Source: Candidatus Methanoperedens sp. | GTDB lineage: Archaea; Halobacteriota; Methanosarcinia; Methanosarcinales; Methanoperedenaceae | Assembly: GCA_041494705.1 (NCBI GenBank) | Contig: JBGQBI010000002.1 | Coordinates: 300,001 to 332,000 of the forward strand | DNA: 32,000 nt | Direction: 5' to 3' | In this document: piece by piece, positions 8,518 to 18,152 of the stretch | Layout of the letters: each line of letters begins with the position of its first letter | Numbering within the stretch: the first letter of the stretch is position 1 | Translations under genes and position numbers: made by a program | The notes under the pieces: generated by a model | Database searches by the model: none | Told to the model about the DNA's origin: nothing | What the model saw: the letters and a program-made list of their open reading frames with translations, nothing else

Positions 8518-9897
8518 ATGCTTTCTTCAATATTCGAGCCAGAATCAATAGCCGTAGTTGGCGCTTCCAACAACGAGACAAAGTGGGGAGGACGAATACT
8601 CAAAAATATATTGAGCGGTTTTAAAGGACCCGTATTTCCTGTAAATCCAAAAGAGAAAGAGGTGCAAGGGGTGGCTTCTTATCCTTCTGTCCTTGATATT
8701 CCTTATGAGGTCACGATGGCAGTAATAGCAGTACCCGTTCAGCTTGTCCCCGATGTTGCAGAAGAGTGCGGGAAAAAAGGCGTTAAAGGGCTTATTGTGG
8801 TAAGCGCCGGGTTTAGTGAGACGGGAAATGCAGGTTTTGAACTTGAACAAAAGCTCTTGTCCATTGTAAAAAAGTACGGTATGCGCATGATAGGACCGAA
8901 TACGCTTGGCATCGTCAACGAACCTGCCCATCTCAATGCCAGCGTTATAGGGAGGCTTCCGAGCCCGGGTCCGATTTCTTTCATTACGCAAAGCGGGACG
9001 CTTGGTCTTGCGATAGCCGACTGGACGATAGATATGGGGCTTGGCCTCTGCAAAGTGATAAGTACAGGAAACAAAGCCGATACCGATGATGTTGACCTGA
9101 TAAAATACCTTGATAAAGACCCTATGACCGGCGTCATAGCCATGTATGCGGAAGGAATCAAGCGCGGGAGGATGTTCATGGAAGCAGCCCGGCGCACCAA
9201 AAAACCTATTATCGCAATTAAGACAGGACGGTCAAAAAGAGGGGCAAAGGCGGTTTTCTCGCACACCGGTTCAATCGCAGGCTCGGATGAGGTTTATTCG
9301 GCGGCTTTCAGGCAGGCTGGAATTCTGCGGGTCGATACGATAGATGAGGTATTCGATGCGGCGCTTGCGTTTTCATGCCAGCCGCTCCCGAAGGGGAATA
9401 ATGTCGCGATACTTTCAAATGGCGGCGGGGCTTCAATCGTAGCGACAGATGAGTGCGAGAGACACGGTATCAATATAGTTGACCTGGCTGAAGAAACTAA
9501 GGAGCAGATAAAAGAAGTCATTCCCGGATTTGCATCAGCATCAAATCCTATCGATACCGCTGGCACTGTTTCTTTCACTATCTACAGCGAGGTAATCAAA
9601 GCGCTTCTCAAAGACCGGAATGTGGATGCGTTAATCGTAATCTATGTGCATACCGTAATGTCAAATGCGATACCGCCTGCCGAGGCTGTGGTCGAGATAA
9701 AACGAAAATGCCCGAAACCGGTAATCGCATGCTGGATGGGGGGAAAAGGAACGGAAGAAGGTGTTGATATCCTGAAGAGCGGCTGCCTGCCTAACTATTC
9801 TGTTCCTGAAAGGGCTGTGAAAGCGCTGGCTGCGCTTATCAGGCACAGGGAATTCCTTGAAACTGTTAAAACAAGACCCGCGGGGGAAAGCAAATGA
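8518..9897 (+). CDS. acdA: ADP-forming acetyl/acyl-CoA synthetase, alpha subunit (CoA-binding plus succinyl-CoA-synthetase-like flavodoxin domains)
   Basis: The ORF is open from 8506. I prefer the ATG at 8518 (MLSSIFEPESIAVVGAS, the usual N-terminus). Other segments: ITQSGTLG, the phosphohistidine segment SHTGSIAG, SNGGG. Confidence 0.85.
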   Translation: MLSSIFEPESIAVVGASNNETKWGGRILKNILSGFKGPVFPVNPKEKEVQGVASYPSVLDIPYEVTMAVIAVPVQLVPDVAEECGKKGVKGLIVVSAGFSETGNAGFELEQKLLSIVKKYGMRMIGPNTLGIVNEPAHLNASVIGRLPSPGPISFITQSGTLGLAIADWTIDMGLGLCKVISTGNKADTDDVDLIKYLDKDPMTGVIAMYAEGIKRGRMFMEAARRTKKPIIAIKTGRSKRGAKAVFSHTGSIAGSDEVYSAAFRQAGILRVDTIDEVFDAALAFSCQPLPKGNNVAILSNGGGASIVATDECERHGINIVDLAEETKEQIKEVIPGFASASNPIDTAGTVSFTIYSEVIKALLKDRNVDALIVIYVHTVMSNAIPPAEAVVEIKRKCPKPVIACWMGGKGTEEGVDILKSGCLPNYSVPERAVKALAALIRHREFLETVKTRPAGESK

Positions 9898-10541
9898 CCA
9901 AGATTCTTACCGAGCATGAGGCAAAAAAACTCCTTGCAAAATACGGGATTCCTGTGACTGAGGAACGTATTGCAGGGAGCGCCGATGAGGCTTTTGATAT
10001 TGCGATGGAGCTTGGAATGCCTGTCGCCATGAAAATATCTTCGCCTGAAATTCCGCACAAGAGCGATGTGGGTGGAGTTGTCCTGAATGTGAAAGAGGAC
10101 GAGGTAAAAACAACATATGCCGAAATCATAGCACGAATTAAGAAAGCAGTTCCGGGCGCCAGTATAGAAGGCATCCTGATGCAGCAAATGGCTCCACCGG
10201 GTCATGAGATTATCGTGGGTCTGAAAAAGGATGCACAGTTCGGTCATGCGCTGATGTTCGGGCTTGGCGGGATTTTTGTGGAGGTTTACAAGGATGTTAC
10301 ATTCAGGGTCGTGCCTATCGATAAGAGCGATGCGCTTTCGATGATATCGGAGATTAAAGGCTACCCCATACTCAAGGGAATCCGGGGAAGAATGCCTGCG
10401 GATATTGATGCTATCGCGAGAGTGCTTGTCTCGGTTTCGGATTTGGCTGAAAAGGAGAACATCATCGAGCTTGACATTAATCCGCTGATTGTGAGTGAGA
10501 GCGGGGCGATTGCGGTGGATGCGAGGGCGATGGTGGAGTAG
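9894..10541 (+). CDS. acdB: ADP-forming acetyl/acyl-CoA synthetase, beta subunit (ATP-grasp)
   Basis: 215-aa ORF. LTEHEAKKLLAKYGIPV, MKISSPEIPHKSDVGGVVLNV, LDINPL. Its ATG overlaps the acdA stop (ATGA at 9894-9897). Confidence 0.85.
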   Translation: MTKILTEHEAKKLLAKYGIPVTEERIAGSADEAFDIAMELGMPVAMKISSPEIPHKSDVGGVVLNVKEDEVKTTYAEIIARIKKAVPGASIEGILMQQMAPPGHEIIVGLKKDAQFGHALMFGLGGIFVEVYKDVTFRVVPIDKSDALSMISEIKGYPILKGIRGRMPADIDAIARVLVSVSDLAEKENIIELDINPLIVSESGAIAVDARAMVE

Positions 10542-10602
10542 CGCTGAACGCTTCCACGCTCAATATCTCTATCATCCAGCCTTTTTCCTGTATCCCTTTG
10601 TT

Positions 10603-12111
10603 TCACATGAACCTGATACCCTTCGGCATTTCCCCTACTTTCTCAGTGAACTTATCCGGCCAGTCCTTCTGTTCACATCCTTTCTGAGCAAGGAAAGTAC
10701 TTGCCCATCTCTCAAGCCCGATACCGGAGCAGCCGCTCCATACTTCCTTCCCGGACTGCGACTTCACGTTGAAACCCTTTGGATACTTATCACCGTTCAC
10801 GCTCAGGTTCTGGAACTCCAGCCACTCGCCGTCTTTCCCGCGGTAAGGCAGCGGCGCCTCAAAATCAATGGTGCCCACTTCTTTCTGCCCTGCAAGCCCT
10901 GTCAAGCCTTCCTGCGCCATGAACCACGGCGTGACCCATGCCATCCTCCACTCAAGGTCGAGTATGTCGTTGAATACATGCTTATAGCACTCCTGCATCT
11001 TCTTTGAGTGGTCGAGTATCTGCTCAGGCGTGCCAATGAAAACAAGCTCAATCCTGTGGAATTCATCAACCCTTTCCATGCCGTGTATGCCGCCGCTCTC
11101 GTACCTGTGCGAAGTGCCGGAACGGTCAAAAACTTTTATGGGAAACGAGTCATCCGCTATAGTTTTACCCTGCATGAAAGGCCAAAACGATGGGCACTGG
11201 GCATAGCACATGGCGCCGATGGGTTTATCGATTTTCTCCGAAATGAGGTCAAGAGGCACTTCGAGCGTGACTTTATAGTAATCAATTACCTCCTCCCAGA
11301 ACAGCGGGTCTCGTGTCTTCGGGGGACAAATGTAGTATATTTCAGGATACACACCCTTTGCATGTCCCGAGTGCTTGAGCACGTCCCAGGTATCGAGCTT
11401 GGGAAATATCATTTCCACGTATCCGAGAGGCTTGATTACCTCTTCCAGCACTATTTCTTCAAACGCCCTGAAAATACGTGTCATCTGCGGTCCGTGTATC
11501 CACTGCCCCCGGCTTGCGCCGCGCTTTATCCAGCCGCGCTTCTCAGCTTCCACTGTCGGGTCGGATGTGAATTTCATCTCTTTTTTGGGGCTTTCCCAGA
11601 GAAGGCTCCAGTGTTCGGCTTTGCCGCCGAAGCTTTGCGCTGCAATTTTGTCCTCGATGAGCGAGATTATCCTGTCCGGGACCTTGTTCTCAAGCTCTGC
11701 TTCGCCGACATCGAGCGAAAGTGTAATCATGCCATCATCAAAGTCGATTGCCTTTACATGAGGTATTTTGTGCTGGTGCAGAGCCTGCTCTGAAGGCAGC
11801 TTGACAATGAATTCTTCCACTTCAGCGCCTCTTATTCCGATTTTGTATCCTTTGCCAATCACTCCTGCAAGCGGTTTGCGGAGGCGGATGAACGCATCGT
11901 GGGCACGCAGGTAGCGGTCTGATTCGATGTCAAAAAAGATACTGTTATCCCTGACGTCCCAACCAATGATTTTAGCCCCTCTTCCTGCGGGTACGCCTTT
12001 TTGCAGGATTGTGGTTTTTGCTTCTTCGATGAACTTTTCTATGTCAGCGCGTGCTGCGGATGCATCGGCGCTTGTTTTGAAGCTGCCTTTCAGGTGAAAG
12101 TAAGGTTCCAT
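10603..12111 (-). CDS. serS: Type-2 (methanogen-type) seryl-tRNA synthetase
   Basis: 502-aa ORF. It looks collinear with Methanosarcina-type SerRS as I recall it: [84 protein letters not shown] (class II motif 3). Confidence 0.85.
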   Translation of the reverse strand: MEPYFHLKGSFKTSADASAARADIEKFIEEAKTTILQKGVPAGRGAKIIGWDVRDNSIFFDIESDRYLRAHDAFIRLRKPLAGVIGKGYKIGIRGAEVEEFIVKLPSEQALHQHKIPHVKAIDFDDGMITLSLDVGEAELENKVPDRIISLIEDKIAAQSFGGKAEHWSLLWESPKKEMKFTSDPTVEAEKRGWIKRGASRGQWIHGPQMTRIFRAFEEIVLEEVIKPLGYVEMIFPKLDTWDVLKHSGHAKGVYPEIYYICPPKTRDPLFWEEVIDYYKVTLEVPLDLISEKIDKPIGAMCYAQCPSFWPFMQGKTIADDSFPIKVFDRSGTSHRYESGGIHGMERVDEFHRIELVFIGTPEQILDHSKKMQECYKHVFNDILDLEWRMAWVTPWFMAQEGLTGLAGQKEVGTIDFEAPLPYRGKDGEWLEFQNLSVNGDKYPKGFNVKSQSGKEVWSGCSGIGLERWASTFLAQKGCEQKDWPDKFTEKVGEMPKGIRFM

Positions 12112-12339
12112 TGTATCTTATCCTTGATTTTTAATATAACAGATGGTTTTAACCGGATATACCAACATTAATTTTCCTAATTTATTGAGGTCACTTATAA
12201 CTTATTTGTTATTTATACCTTCATTATGATTGAATCAGTACTTATATTGAAAAATATGTTTTCAATAAAAACATAGCTAATGAAAGATAATAGAAAGATA
12301 TTTTAATTACTACGTCCTATTTTAGTTTGGAGTAATATC

Positions 12340-13269
12340 ATGGGGTTAAAAATCGGTACTTTTAACACAGAGAACCTCTTTCTTCGCTATAAGTTTCTGG
12401 CTAAAGAAAGGGGAAGCATGGGAAAAAAGAAAGTTGAACCAGATAAATTCATCAAGGAGGGCGGACGCATAAACATGCTGGGATATGAAATTCTTGACGA
12501 CGGGCAGAGAAAGAACACAGCCCGGGTAATCCTTGAGAACGACCCCGATGTAATATGCTTGCAGGAAGTAGAAAATTTAGAAACGCTAAAACAGTTCAAT
12601 AGCAAATACCTGAATAGAAAATATCCCTATGCAATGCTTATTGATGGAAATGACTTGAGGCAGATTGATGTCGGGATTCTAAGTAAGCTTGAAATAGGCG
12701 GAGTGCAGACACATCAGTTTGATAAGGATGAAACCGGTGAGATTTTCTCCCGCGACTGCCTTGAAGCAGACATTTTCCTGGACAAAAAAGGGACTAAAAG
12801 ACTGACCTTATTTGTGAACCATTTCAAATCCAGGCTCGGCGATGAGAAGAAGACCGCTGAGAAACGAGAGCGTCAGGTCAAACGTGTAACCGAGATTATT
12901 CAAGAGCGCTTTGATAAGGAGGTAAATAAAGCTAATTTTATTGTCCTTGGAGATTTTAACGATACACCGGATGCAGATTGCTTAAAGCTGCTTCTGGATG
13001 GATATTTGGTTGAGAACGTTGTTGCGCGTTTGCCAAAGAACGAACGATGGACGCATTACTGGGAAAGCAAGCATGAGGTAAATCAGTTTGACTACCTGCT
13101 TTTATCAAAAGCACTTTCAAATAAAAACCCGAAAACTCTTCCAAAAATTGAACGGCGGGGACTTGCCGACTATGCTGCAGCATATAAAGGCCCAAGATTC
13201 CCTGGCGTCGGGCCAAAAGGAACAGAGGCATCCGACCATTGTGCAGTTTTTATGGAGATCAACATTTAG
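12340..13269 (+). CDS. Endonuclease/exonuclease/phosphatase (EEP) family protein
   Basis: 309-aa ORF with the EEP catalytic motifs in order: GTFNTENL, ICLQEVEN, VNHFKS, GDFND, FDYLL, SDHCAV. The gene is AT-rich. Confidence 0.8.
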   Translation: MGLKIGTFNTENLFLRYKFLAKERGSMGKKKVEPDKFIKEGGRINMLGYEILDDGQRKNTARVILENDPDVICLQEVENLETLKQFNSKYLNRKYPYAMLIDGNDLRQIDVGILSKLEIGGVQTHQFDKDETGEIFSRDCLEADIFLDKKGTKRLTLFVNHFKSRLGDEKKTAEKRERQVKRVTEIIQERFDKEVNKANFIVLGDFNDTPDADCLKLLLDGYLVENVVARLPKNERWTHYWESKHEVNQFDYLLLSKALSNKNPKTLPKIERRGLADYAAAYKGPRFPGVGPKGTEASDHCAVFMEINI

Positions 13270-13357
13270 TAAGCTAAGGTTGGCCTATTAAGTATTTGTC
13301 AAAGTCATCCGGTAGCTGGCGAAACAACAGGAAAAGATTATAGAATATTTTATTGAG

Positions 13358-13440
13358 TGCGGGGGATGGGATTTGAACCCATGAATGCCTGCGCAACAGG
13401 ATCTTAAGTCCTGCACCTTTGGCCGCTTGGTTACCCCCGC
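13358..13440 (-). tRNA. tRNA-Leu (anticodon UAA), class II with a long variable arm, no encoded CCA
   Basis: Reverse complement: GCGGGGG-TA-ACCAAGCGGCCAAAGGT-G-CAGGA-CTTAAGA-TCCTG-TTGCGCAGGCATTC-ATGGG-TTCAAAT-CCCAT-CCCCCGC-A. The 7-bp acceptor, 5-bp anticodon and 5-bp T stems all pair. Anticodon loop is C-U-UAA-G-A. Confidence 0.92.
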
Positions 13441-13528
13441 TTGAGGGACAGGTTAAATATCCCTCGGGTTACTTTAAACTAACGTATTATTCGGCATGAT
13501 TATGTAGGATTCATTTCAATTATGGTCT

Positions 13529-14521
13529 ATGCCTCAACCCTTTGTTACGTTCTCGCGCAATGTCTTCATCCCGCTCACCAATGTTTGCAGGAATAAGTGC
13601 GGGTATTGCGGCTTCAGGCGGGATATCGGGCACCCCGAGGCTGAACTCCTCACGCATGAAGAAGTTGCTGACATACTTTCAAGAGGCGCGCGGGCAGGCT
13701 GCTCTGAAGCTCTTTTCACATTCGGTGAGCGCCCGGAAGAAGTCGAGGGTTTCAGCGTGTGGCTTTCCGAACTGGGACATGACAATATCATAGATTATCT
13801 TGTTGACCTGTGCAAGCTTTCGCTCCGTATCGGTCTTTTGCCCCATTCAAACCCCGGAATACTTGAAAAGAGAGAGCTTGAAAAATTAAAACCATTTAAT
13901 GCCAGCATGGGGCTCATGCTTGAAACTGCGGGTACAGTTAAAGCCCATGAAGGCTGTTCAGGCAAAATTCCAGAGGCGCGCATAAAAACCATCGAATATG
14001 CAGGAGAACTTAAAATCCCATTCACCACCGGGATTCTCGTTGGTATTGGTGAAACATGGGACGACAGGCTTCGCTCCCTTAAAATTATCAGGGATATCAA
14101 CGAAAAATTCGGACACATCCAGGAAGTAATAATCCAGAATTTTATCCCCAAACCCGATACAAAAATGGCTTTATTTCAGTCGCCGGGAATGAAAGAAATG
14201 TTAAAAACGGTCTCTATTGCAAGAAAAATACTTCCTGAAGATGTAGCTATACAGGTGTCGCCAAACCTTATTCGACCCGGAGAACTGGTCAGATGCGGCG
14301 CTTCGGACCTTGGCGGTATCTCGCCTGTAACGATAGACCATATTAATCCCGAATCGCCGTGGCCTGATGTTCTTGAAATCCGGGCTGGTGTGGATGTTCC
14401 CCTCCGGGAGCGGCTGCCGATTTATCCGCAATTTGTGAAGAAAAGATGGTACAGCGATGAGATGGCACCTCTTATTCGCAAGCTTTGCGACGCAGAAGGA
14501 TTTCGGAAAGAATATAAATAA
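13529..14521 (+). CDS. cofG: FO synthase subunit 1 (7,8-didemethyl-8-hydroxy-5-deazariboflavin synthase CofG), radical SAM
   Basis: 330-aa ORF. NVFIPLTNVCRNKCGYCGF (C-x3-C-x2-C), TGILVGIGET, GASDLGG; typical CofG layout. Confidence 0.9.
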   Translation: MPQPFVTFSRNVFIPLTNVCRNKCGYCGFRRDIGHPEAELLTHEEVADILSRGARAGCSEALFTFGERPEEVEGFSVWLSELGHDNIIDYLVDLCKLSLRIGLLPHSNPGILEKRELEKLKPFNASMGLMLETAGTVKAHEGCSGKIPEARIKTIEYAGELKIPFTTGILVGIGETWDDRLRSLKIIRDINEKFGHIQEVIIQNFIPKPDTKMALFQSPGMKEMLKTVSIARKILPEDVAIQVSPNLIRPGELVRCGASDLGGISPVTIDHINPESPWPDVLEIRAGVDVPLRERLPIYPQFVKKRWYSDEMAPLIRKLCDAEGFRKEYK

Positions 14522-14583
14522 GTATCGTGTAATGGCTGTAAAATTCTGGTGGTACTATACATAAATTACAGGGCATCCAGGAA

Positions 14584-15639
14584 TTGCGAAGCATCCAGGA
14601 CGATTACCTGAACAGAGCCGAAGCAGGTAGATTCACGACTGAAGATGCGCTGGCACTTTATGATAAGCCTTCTTTTCTCTTTTCCCTTGCGGATAAGCTT
14701 CGCAAAAAATCTGTCGGGGACGAAGTAACCTACGTAATTAACAGGAATATTAATTTCACAAATATGTGTATCGGGACATGCAAATTCTGCGCCTTCAAGA
14801 AACATGAAGGATATATTATGACAATACCTGAAATTCTTGAAAAAACAAAAGCTGCGGTTGATATCAATGCCACTGAAGTATGTATCCAGGGCGGGCTTCT
14901 TCCGGACTGGGATGTTTCCAATTACTGCGAAATCCTGGAAAGTATAAAAAATGAATTCCCGCAACTGCATTTGCACGCATTTTCCCCCATGGAAGTATTC
15001 CATGCGGCAGGGAACAGCAATATGAGTATTAAAGAGACTTTGTCGTGTCTTAAAAAATCAGGTCTGGGCTCAATGCCCGGAACGGCTGCCGAGATACTTG
15101 CCGACAGGGTGAGGGAAGAGATTTGTCCTGATAAACTCACCACACATGAATGGATCAATGTTGTCAGGACAGCGCACAGGACAGGAATTCCCACAACAGC
15201 CACAATCATGTACGGGCATATCGAGACTTTGCGGGAGAGGATTGAACATATCCTGACAATCCGCGAGCTTCAGAAAAAAACAGGCGGTTTTACGGAATTC
15301 GTGCCTCTTCCTTTCATGCCGCTAAACAATATGCTGGGGACAGGAAAGCAAGTTTCCCGCGGGGTTGAGGATTTGAAATTGCATGCACTTGCAAGAGTAT
15401 TGTTGTATCCGAATATCAGGAATATCCAGGTAAGCTGGGTGAAGCTTGGCAAAAAGCTTGCGCAGTCGGCCCTTGATTGCGGCGCGAATGACCTTGGCGG
15501 GACATTGATGGAAGAGAAAATATCAAAAAGCGCAGGAGCCACAAGCGGCGAGTACATGGCACCTTCGGAGTTTGAGCGCCTGATAAGGGAAATAAAACGT
15601 GTGCCAAAGCAGCGGGATACGCTATACAGGCATATATAA
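14584..15639 (+). CDS. cofH: FO synthase subunit 2 (CofH), radical SAM
   Basis: 351-aa ORF. NINFTNMCIGTCKFCAF, MYGHIET, GANDLGGTL. The only in-frame start after the upstream stop (TAA at 14563) and before the radical-SAM motif is TTG at 14584, so a TTG start is inferred. Confidence 0.88.
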   Translation: MRSIQDDYLNRAEAGRFTTEDALALYDKPSFLFSLADKLRKKSVGDEVTYVINRNINFTNMCIGTCKFCAFKKHEGYIMTIPEILEKTKAAVDINATEVCIQGGLLPDWDVSNYCEILESIKNEFPQLHLHAFSPMEVFHAAGNSNMSIKETLSCLKKSGLGSMPGTAAEILADRVREEICPDKLTTHEWINVVRTAHRTGIPTTATIMYGHIETLRERIEHILTIRELQKKTGGFTEFVPLPFMPLNNMLGTGKQVSRGVEDLKLHALARVLLYPNIRNIQVSWVKLGKKLAQSALDCGANDLGGTLMEEKISKSAGATSGEYMAPSEFERLIREIKRVPKQRDTLYRHI

Positions 15640-15644
15640 AAAGA

Positions 15645-15718
15645 TGGGCCCGCGGAGATTCGAACTCCGGATCCCCGCCATGTAAAGGCGGTATCATAGC
15701 CGACTAGACCACGAGCCC
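15645..15718 (-). tRNA. tRNA-Val (anticodon UAC)
   Basis: Reverse complement: GGGCTCG-TG-GTCTAGTCGGCTATGATA-CCGCC-TTTACAT-GGCGG-GGATC-CGGAG-TTCGAAT-CTCCG-CGGGCCC-A. The acceptor stem has one G-U pair. Anticodon loop is U-U-UAC-A-U. Confidence 0.92.
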
Positions 15719-15744
15719 TGCGATGGGGTAAGATGTTGTTTGGG

Positions 15745-15753
15745 GTATATAGG
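15745..15753 (-). promoter_or_regulatory. Candidate TATA box for tRNA-Val, possibly shared with divergent pheS
   Basis: The minus strand reads CCTATATAC, 27-35 nt upstream of the tRNA 5' end (15718), preceded by an A-run in the BRE position. TATATA is symmetric, and pheS starts 65 nt away on the other strand. Position-based guess only. Confidence 0.3.
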
Positions 15754-15816
15754 TTTTTTTGGTTGCTCCGGTCACAAATCATTAAATATCCCGCTGTCCA
15801 TTCTAATGCCTGTTTT

Positions 15817-17271
15817 ATGGCAGAATACTCACTCACCAACAATGAAAAAAAGGTCTTGCTCGCCCTATCCAAAAAAGACAAATTCACTCCCGAAGACCTC
15901 ACCTCAACATCAGGACTCAGCATCGAAGCAGCTATGCAGTCCGCGTTTTTACTCGCTGAAAAAGGACTCTGTGAGGTAACAGAAAAAGTTACAACAATAT
16001 ACACGCTTACAAAGGAAGGCGAAACATACGCGCAGCTCTCGCTGCCGGAGCGCCAGATAATCAATTCCATCAAAGCGCCTCTTTCGCTTTCGGAATTAAA
16101 AAAGAAATTCCCCCCGCAGATGGTGGGTATTGCCCTTGGCTGGCTCAGGAAGAAAAACTGGGCAAGGATTGAAGGTGAAAATATAATCCCTTCAGGGAAA
16201 GCGGAGGTGGGTGAAGACGAAAACATACTCACAAAACTCAAAAAAGGTCCACTTTCAGAACTCGGGGATGCTGTCAGGGACCTCATCAAGCGCAACCTGG
16301 TTGAAAAAACCGAGAAAAAGACACGGCTCATAATAATAACGGCAGAAGGAAAAGCCCTCGCTGCCGCCGGATTGAGCATAGAAGAAGAAATCGCCCAGCT
16401 TACTCCGACCATTATTACAACCGGCGCTTGGAAGAACGCAAGAATCCGCCCGTACAACATCCACACGCCTGTAAAACCCGTTTACGGCGCGAAGCTCCAT
16501 CCATACCAGCGCCTCATCAACGAGATGCGCTCGATTTTCCTTGAGATGGGTTTCACGGAAATAAAAGGCGACATAGTACAAAGCTCGTTCTGGAACTTCG
16601 ATGCGCTTTTCCAGCCGCAGGACCACCCGGCGCGTGAGATGCAGGATACTTTCCACCTCGCTACCGAATGCGACATACCGGAAGAATACATAGCGCCCGT
16701 AAAAGAAATGCATGAAAAAGGCGCCGGAATATCAAGGGGCTGGGGCGGGAAGTGGAGCGAGGATGTCGCGCGAAAACAGGTGCTTCGAACACACACCACA
16801 GCGGTCACGATAAAATATCTCACAGACCATCCAGACCCGCCTGTTAAAGCCTTCTGTATCGACCGCGCATACCGCCGCGAGGCAATCGACCCCACGCACA
16901 CGCCCGAGTTCGAGCAGCTTGAGGGCGTGGTGATGGATAAAGGCGTGAGCTTCAAGAACCTGCTCGGCTGCCTCACCGAGTTCTATCACAGGATGGGCTT
17001 TGATGAAGTGCGCTTCAGGCCAGGGTATTTCCCATATACCGAGCCGAGTGTGGAGCCAGAGGTGTATATCGAAAGCAGGGGCAAGTGGGTTGAGCTTGGA
17101 GGAGCAGGAGTGTTTCGGAAAGAGGTAACGCTGCCGCTTGGAATCAAGTATCCTGTGCTTGCGTGGGGGCTTGGAGTGAGCAGGGTTGCGATGCTGCGTT
17201 TGGGATTGAAGGATTTGAGAGAGCTGTACCAGAGCGATATTGATTGGTTGAGGAAGAGTACGGTGCTGTAA
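15817..17271 (+). CDS. pheS: Phenylalanyl-tRNA synthetase alpha subunit (archaeal type)
   Basis: The ORF is open from 15733, but that extension overlaps the tRNA-Val promoter region. The ATG at 15817 gives [17 protein letters not shown]. Class II motifs: [46 protein letters not shown]. Confidence 0.9.
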   Translation: MAEYSLTNNEKKVLLALSKKDKFTPEDLTSTSGLSIEAAMQSAFLLAEKGLCEVTEKVTTIYTLTKEGETYAQLSLPERQIINSIKAPLSLSELKKKFPPQMVGIALGWLRKKNWARIEGENIIPSGKAEVGEDENILTKLKKGPLSELGDAVRDLIKRNLVEKTEKKTRLIIITAEGKALAAAGLSIEEEIAQLTPTIITTGAWKNARIRPYNIHTPVKPVYGAKLHPYQRLINEMRSIFLEMGFTEIKGDIVQSSFWNFDALFQPQDHPAREMQDTFHLATECDIPEEYIAPVKEMHEKGAGISRGWGGKWSEDVARKQVLRTHTTAVTIKYLTDHPDPPVKAFCIDRAYRREAIDPTHTPEFEQLEGVVMDKGVSFKNLLGCLTEFYHRMGFDEVRFRPGYFPYTEPSVEPEVYIESRGKWVELGGAGVFRKEVTLPLGIKYPVLAWGLGVSRVAMLRLGLKDLRELYQSDIDWLRKSTVL

Positions 17272-17301
17272 AAATTAATGCCGTCAATCTTGATAAAAAG
17301 G

Positions 17302-17383
17302 AACCGCAGATAAACGCGGATTTATTTATATGAATCTGGAAGGATATACGACGCGGATGTCGTATATGAAGGAGTTAGGCGAC
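17302..17383. repeat. Left inverted-repeat region flanking the HEPN-like gene; contains an internal 9-bp-stem hairpin
   Basis: The outer 16-mer AACCGCAGATAAACGC (17302-17317) and inner 10-mer GTTAGGCGAC (17374-17383) recur in inverted orientation at 18153-18190. Internal hairpin ATATACGAC-GCGGAT-GTCGTATAT at 17344-17367. Confidence 0.7.
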
Positions 17384-17409
17384 AATTTAATAGTGATCGG
17401 AGAGAGTTC

Positions 17410-18138
17410 ATGGAGCATTATAAGGTAATTAAAGAGACGGTCCATATTAAAGAAAGTATATCAATTAAAAGTCGAACGTATTTTTCTATACAACATATTC
17501 AGTCTGCTGCTTTGTTTGCCAGAAATGCCTATGCTATTGAAAAGAATTATGATAACGTTTTTTCAGACGAACTGTTTTCTCAACATAGAGCATATGTTAC
17601 TGCTTCAATTTTATCTTCTGTATTTTTTCTTGAAGCTGCAATAAATGAGTTATTTGCCGATACAGTGGAATCAAATTTTGAAATAGCCAAAAAACTAAAT
17701 CCGACAACTATTCAACTAATGGCCAAAAAGTGGAGGTCGAAAGTTTTACATACGGCTATTCTGCAAAAGTATCAAATTGCATTGGCTTTGGCTCAAAAGC
17801 AAAAATTTGACCCAGAGGCTCCGCCTTGTCAGGATATGAAATTATTAGTCAAGTTGAGAAATGATTTAGTCCATTTTGAACCTGAATGGGTTAAGAACCC
17901 GTCGAGTGACGACTTCGAGCATGATGATATCCATAGATATGAAAAAATGTTAAAAGGAAAGTTTTTAGCTAATCCACTAACGGGTCAAGGCAACGCTTTT
18001 TATCCTGACAAGTGCTTAGGTCATGGTTGTGCCGAGTGGGCGGTTAATTCAAGTGTAAAATTTGCTGATGCTTTTTTCTCAAGAATGGGTTTACTTTCAC
18101 CTTATGACCATATTCGTGATAGGCTAAGTACAAAGTAA
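17410..18138 (+). CDS. Hypothetical protein with a HEPN-like R-x4-H motif (putative Abi/toxin-type RNase)
   Basis: 242-aa ORF with a GGAGAG Shine-Dalgarno sequence 8 nt upstream. KLRNDLVHFEP (R150-N-x3-H155, nt 17857-17874) matches the HEPN R-[NDH]-x3-H signature. It appears predominantly helical by eye. Clearly more AT-rich than pheS and aor. Confidence 0.55.
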   Translation: MEHYKVIKETVHIKESISIKSRTYFSIQHIQSAALFARNAYAIEKNYDNVFSDELFSQHRAYVTASILSSVFFLEAAINELFADTVESNFEIAKKLNPTTIQLMAKKWRSKVLHTAILQKYQIALALAQKQKFDPEAPPCQDMKLLVKLRNDLVHFEPEWVKNPSSDDFEHDDIHRYEKMLKGKFLANPLTGQGNAFYPDKCLGHGCAEWAVNSSVKFADAFFSRMGLLSPYDHIRDRLSTK

Positions 18139-18152
18139 ACGTTTATTCAAAC

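Noticed and set aside
10495-11793. Plus-strand ORFs of 170, 261 and 128 aa (10495-11007, 11008-11793, 11375-11761) opposite serS.
   Set aside because: They are antisense shadows of a gene with unambiguous SerRS motifs. They have odd composition (R/H/F/L-rich) and no recognisable domains.
12142-12156. GATGGTTTTAACCGG in the serS/EEP spacer resembles the tRNA-Leu T-arm segment GATGGGATTTGAACC. It could be the att duplication of an element integrated at tRNA-Leu.
   Set aside because: Only about 12 of 16 positions match, with a gap, in AT-rich sequence. This is too weak to call an att site. The integration idea is kept only as a low-weight hypothesis in the EEP finding.
15733-15816. N-terminal extensions proposed by the ORF track for pheS. 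The same applies to the FrhB-family gene (24517-24609), aRF1 (30687-30725), RFAP synthase (29661-29714), cdc48 (25879-25887) and acdA (8506-8517).
   Set aside because: The extensions cover promoter or repeat sequence or the upstream gene's end, have atypical composition, and each has an internal ATG that yields the canonical family N-terminus.
15270-16466. A 398-aa minus-strand ORF, the longest unexplained ORF in the track. It runs antisense through the cofH 3' end, across tRNA-Val, and into pheS.
   Set aside because: It has the Ser/Phe/Pro-rich, low-complexity composition typical of the antisense frame of purine-rich coding sequence. It would have to read through a tRNA gene and a promoter region. 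Both sense-strand genes have strong family motifs.
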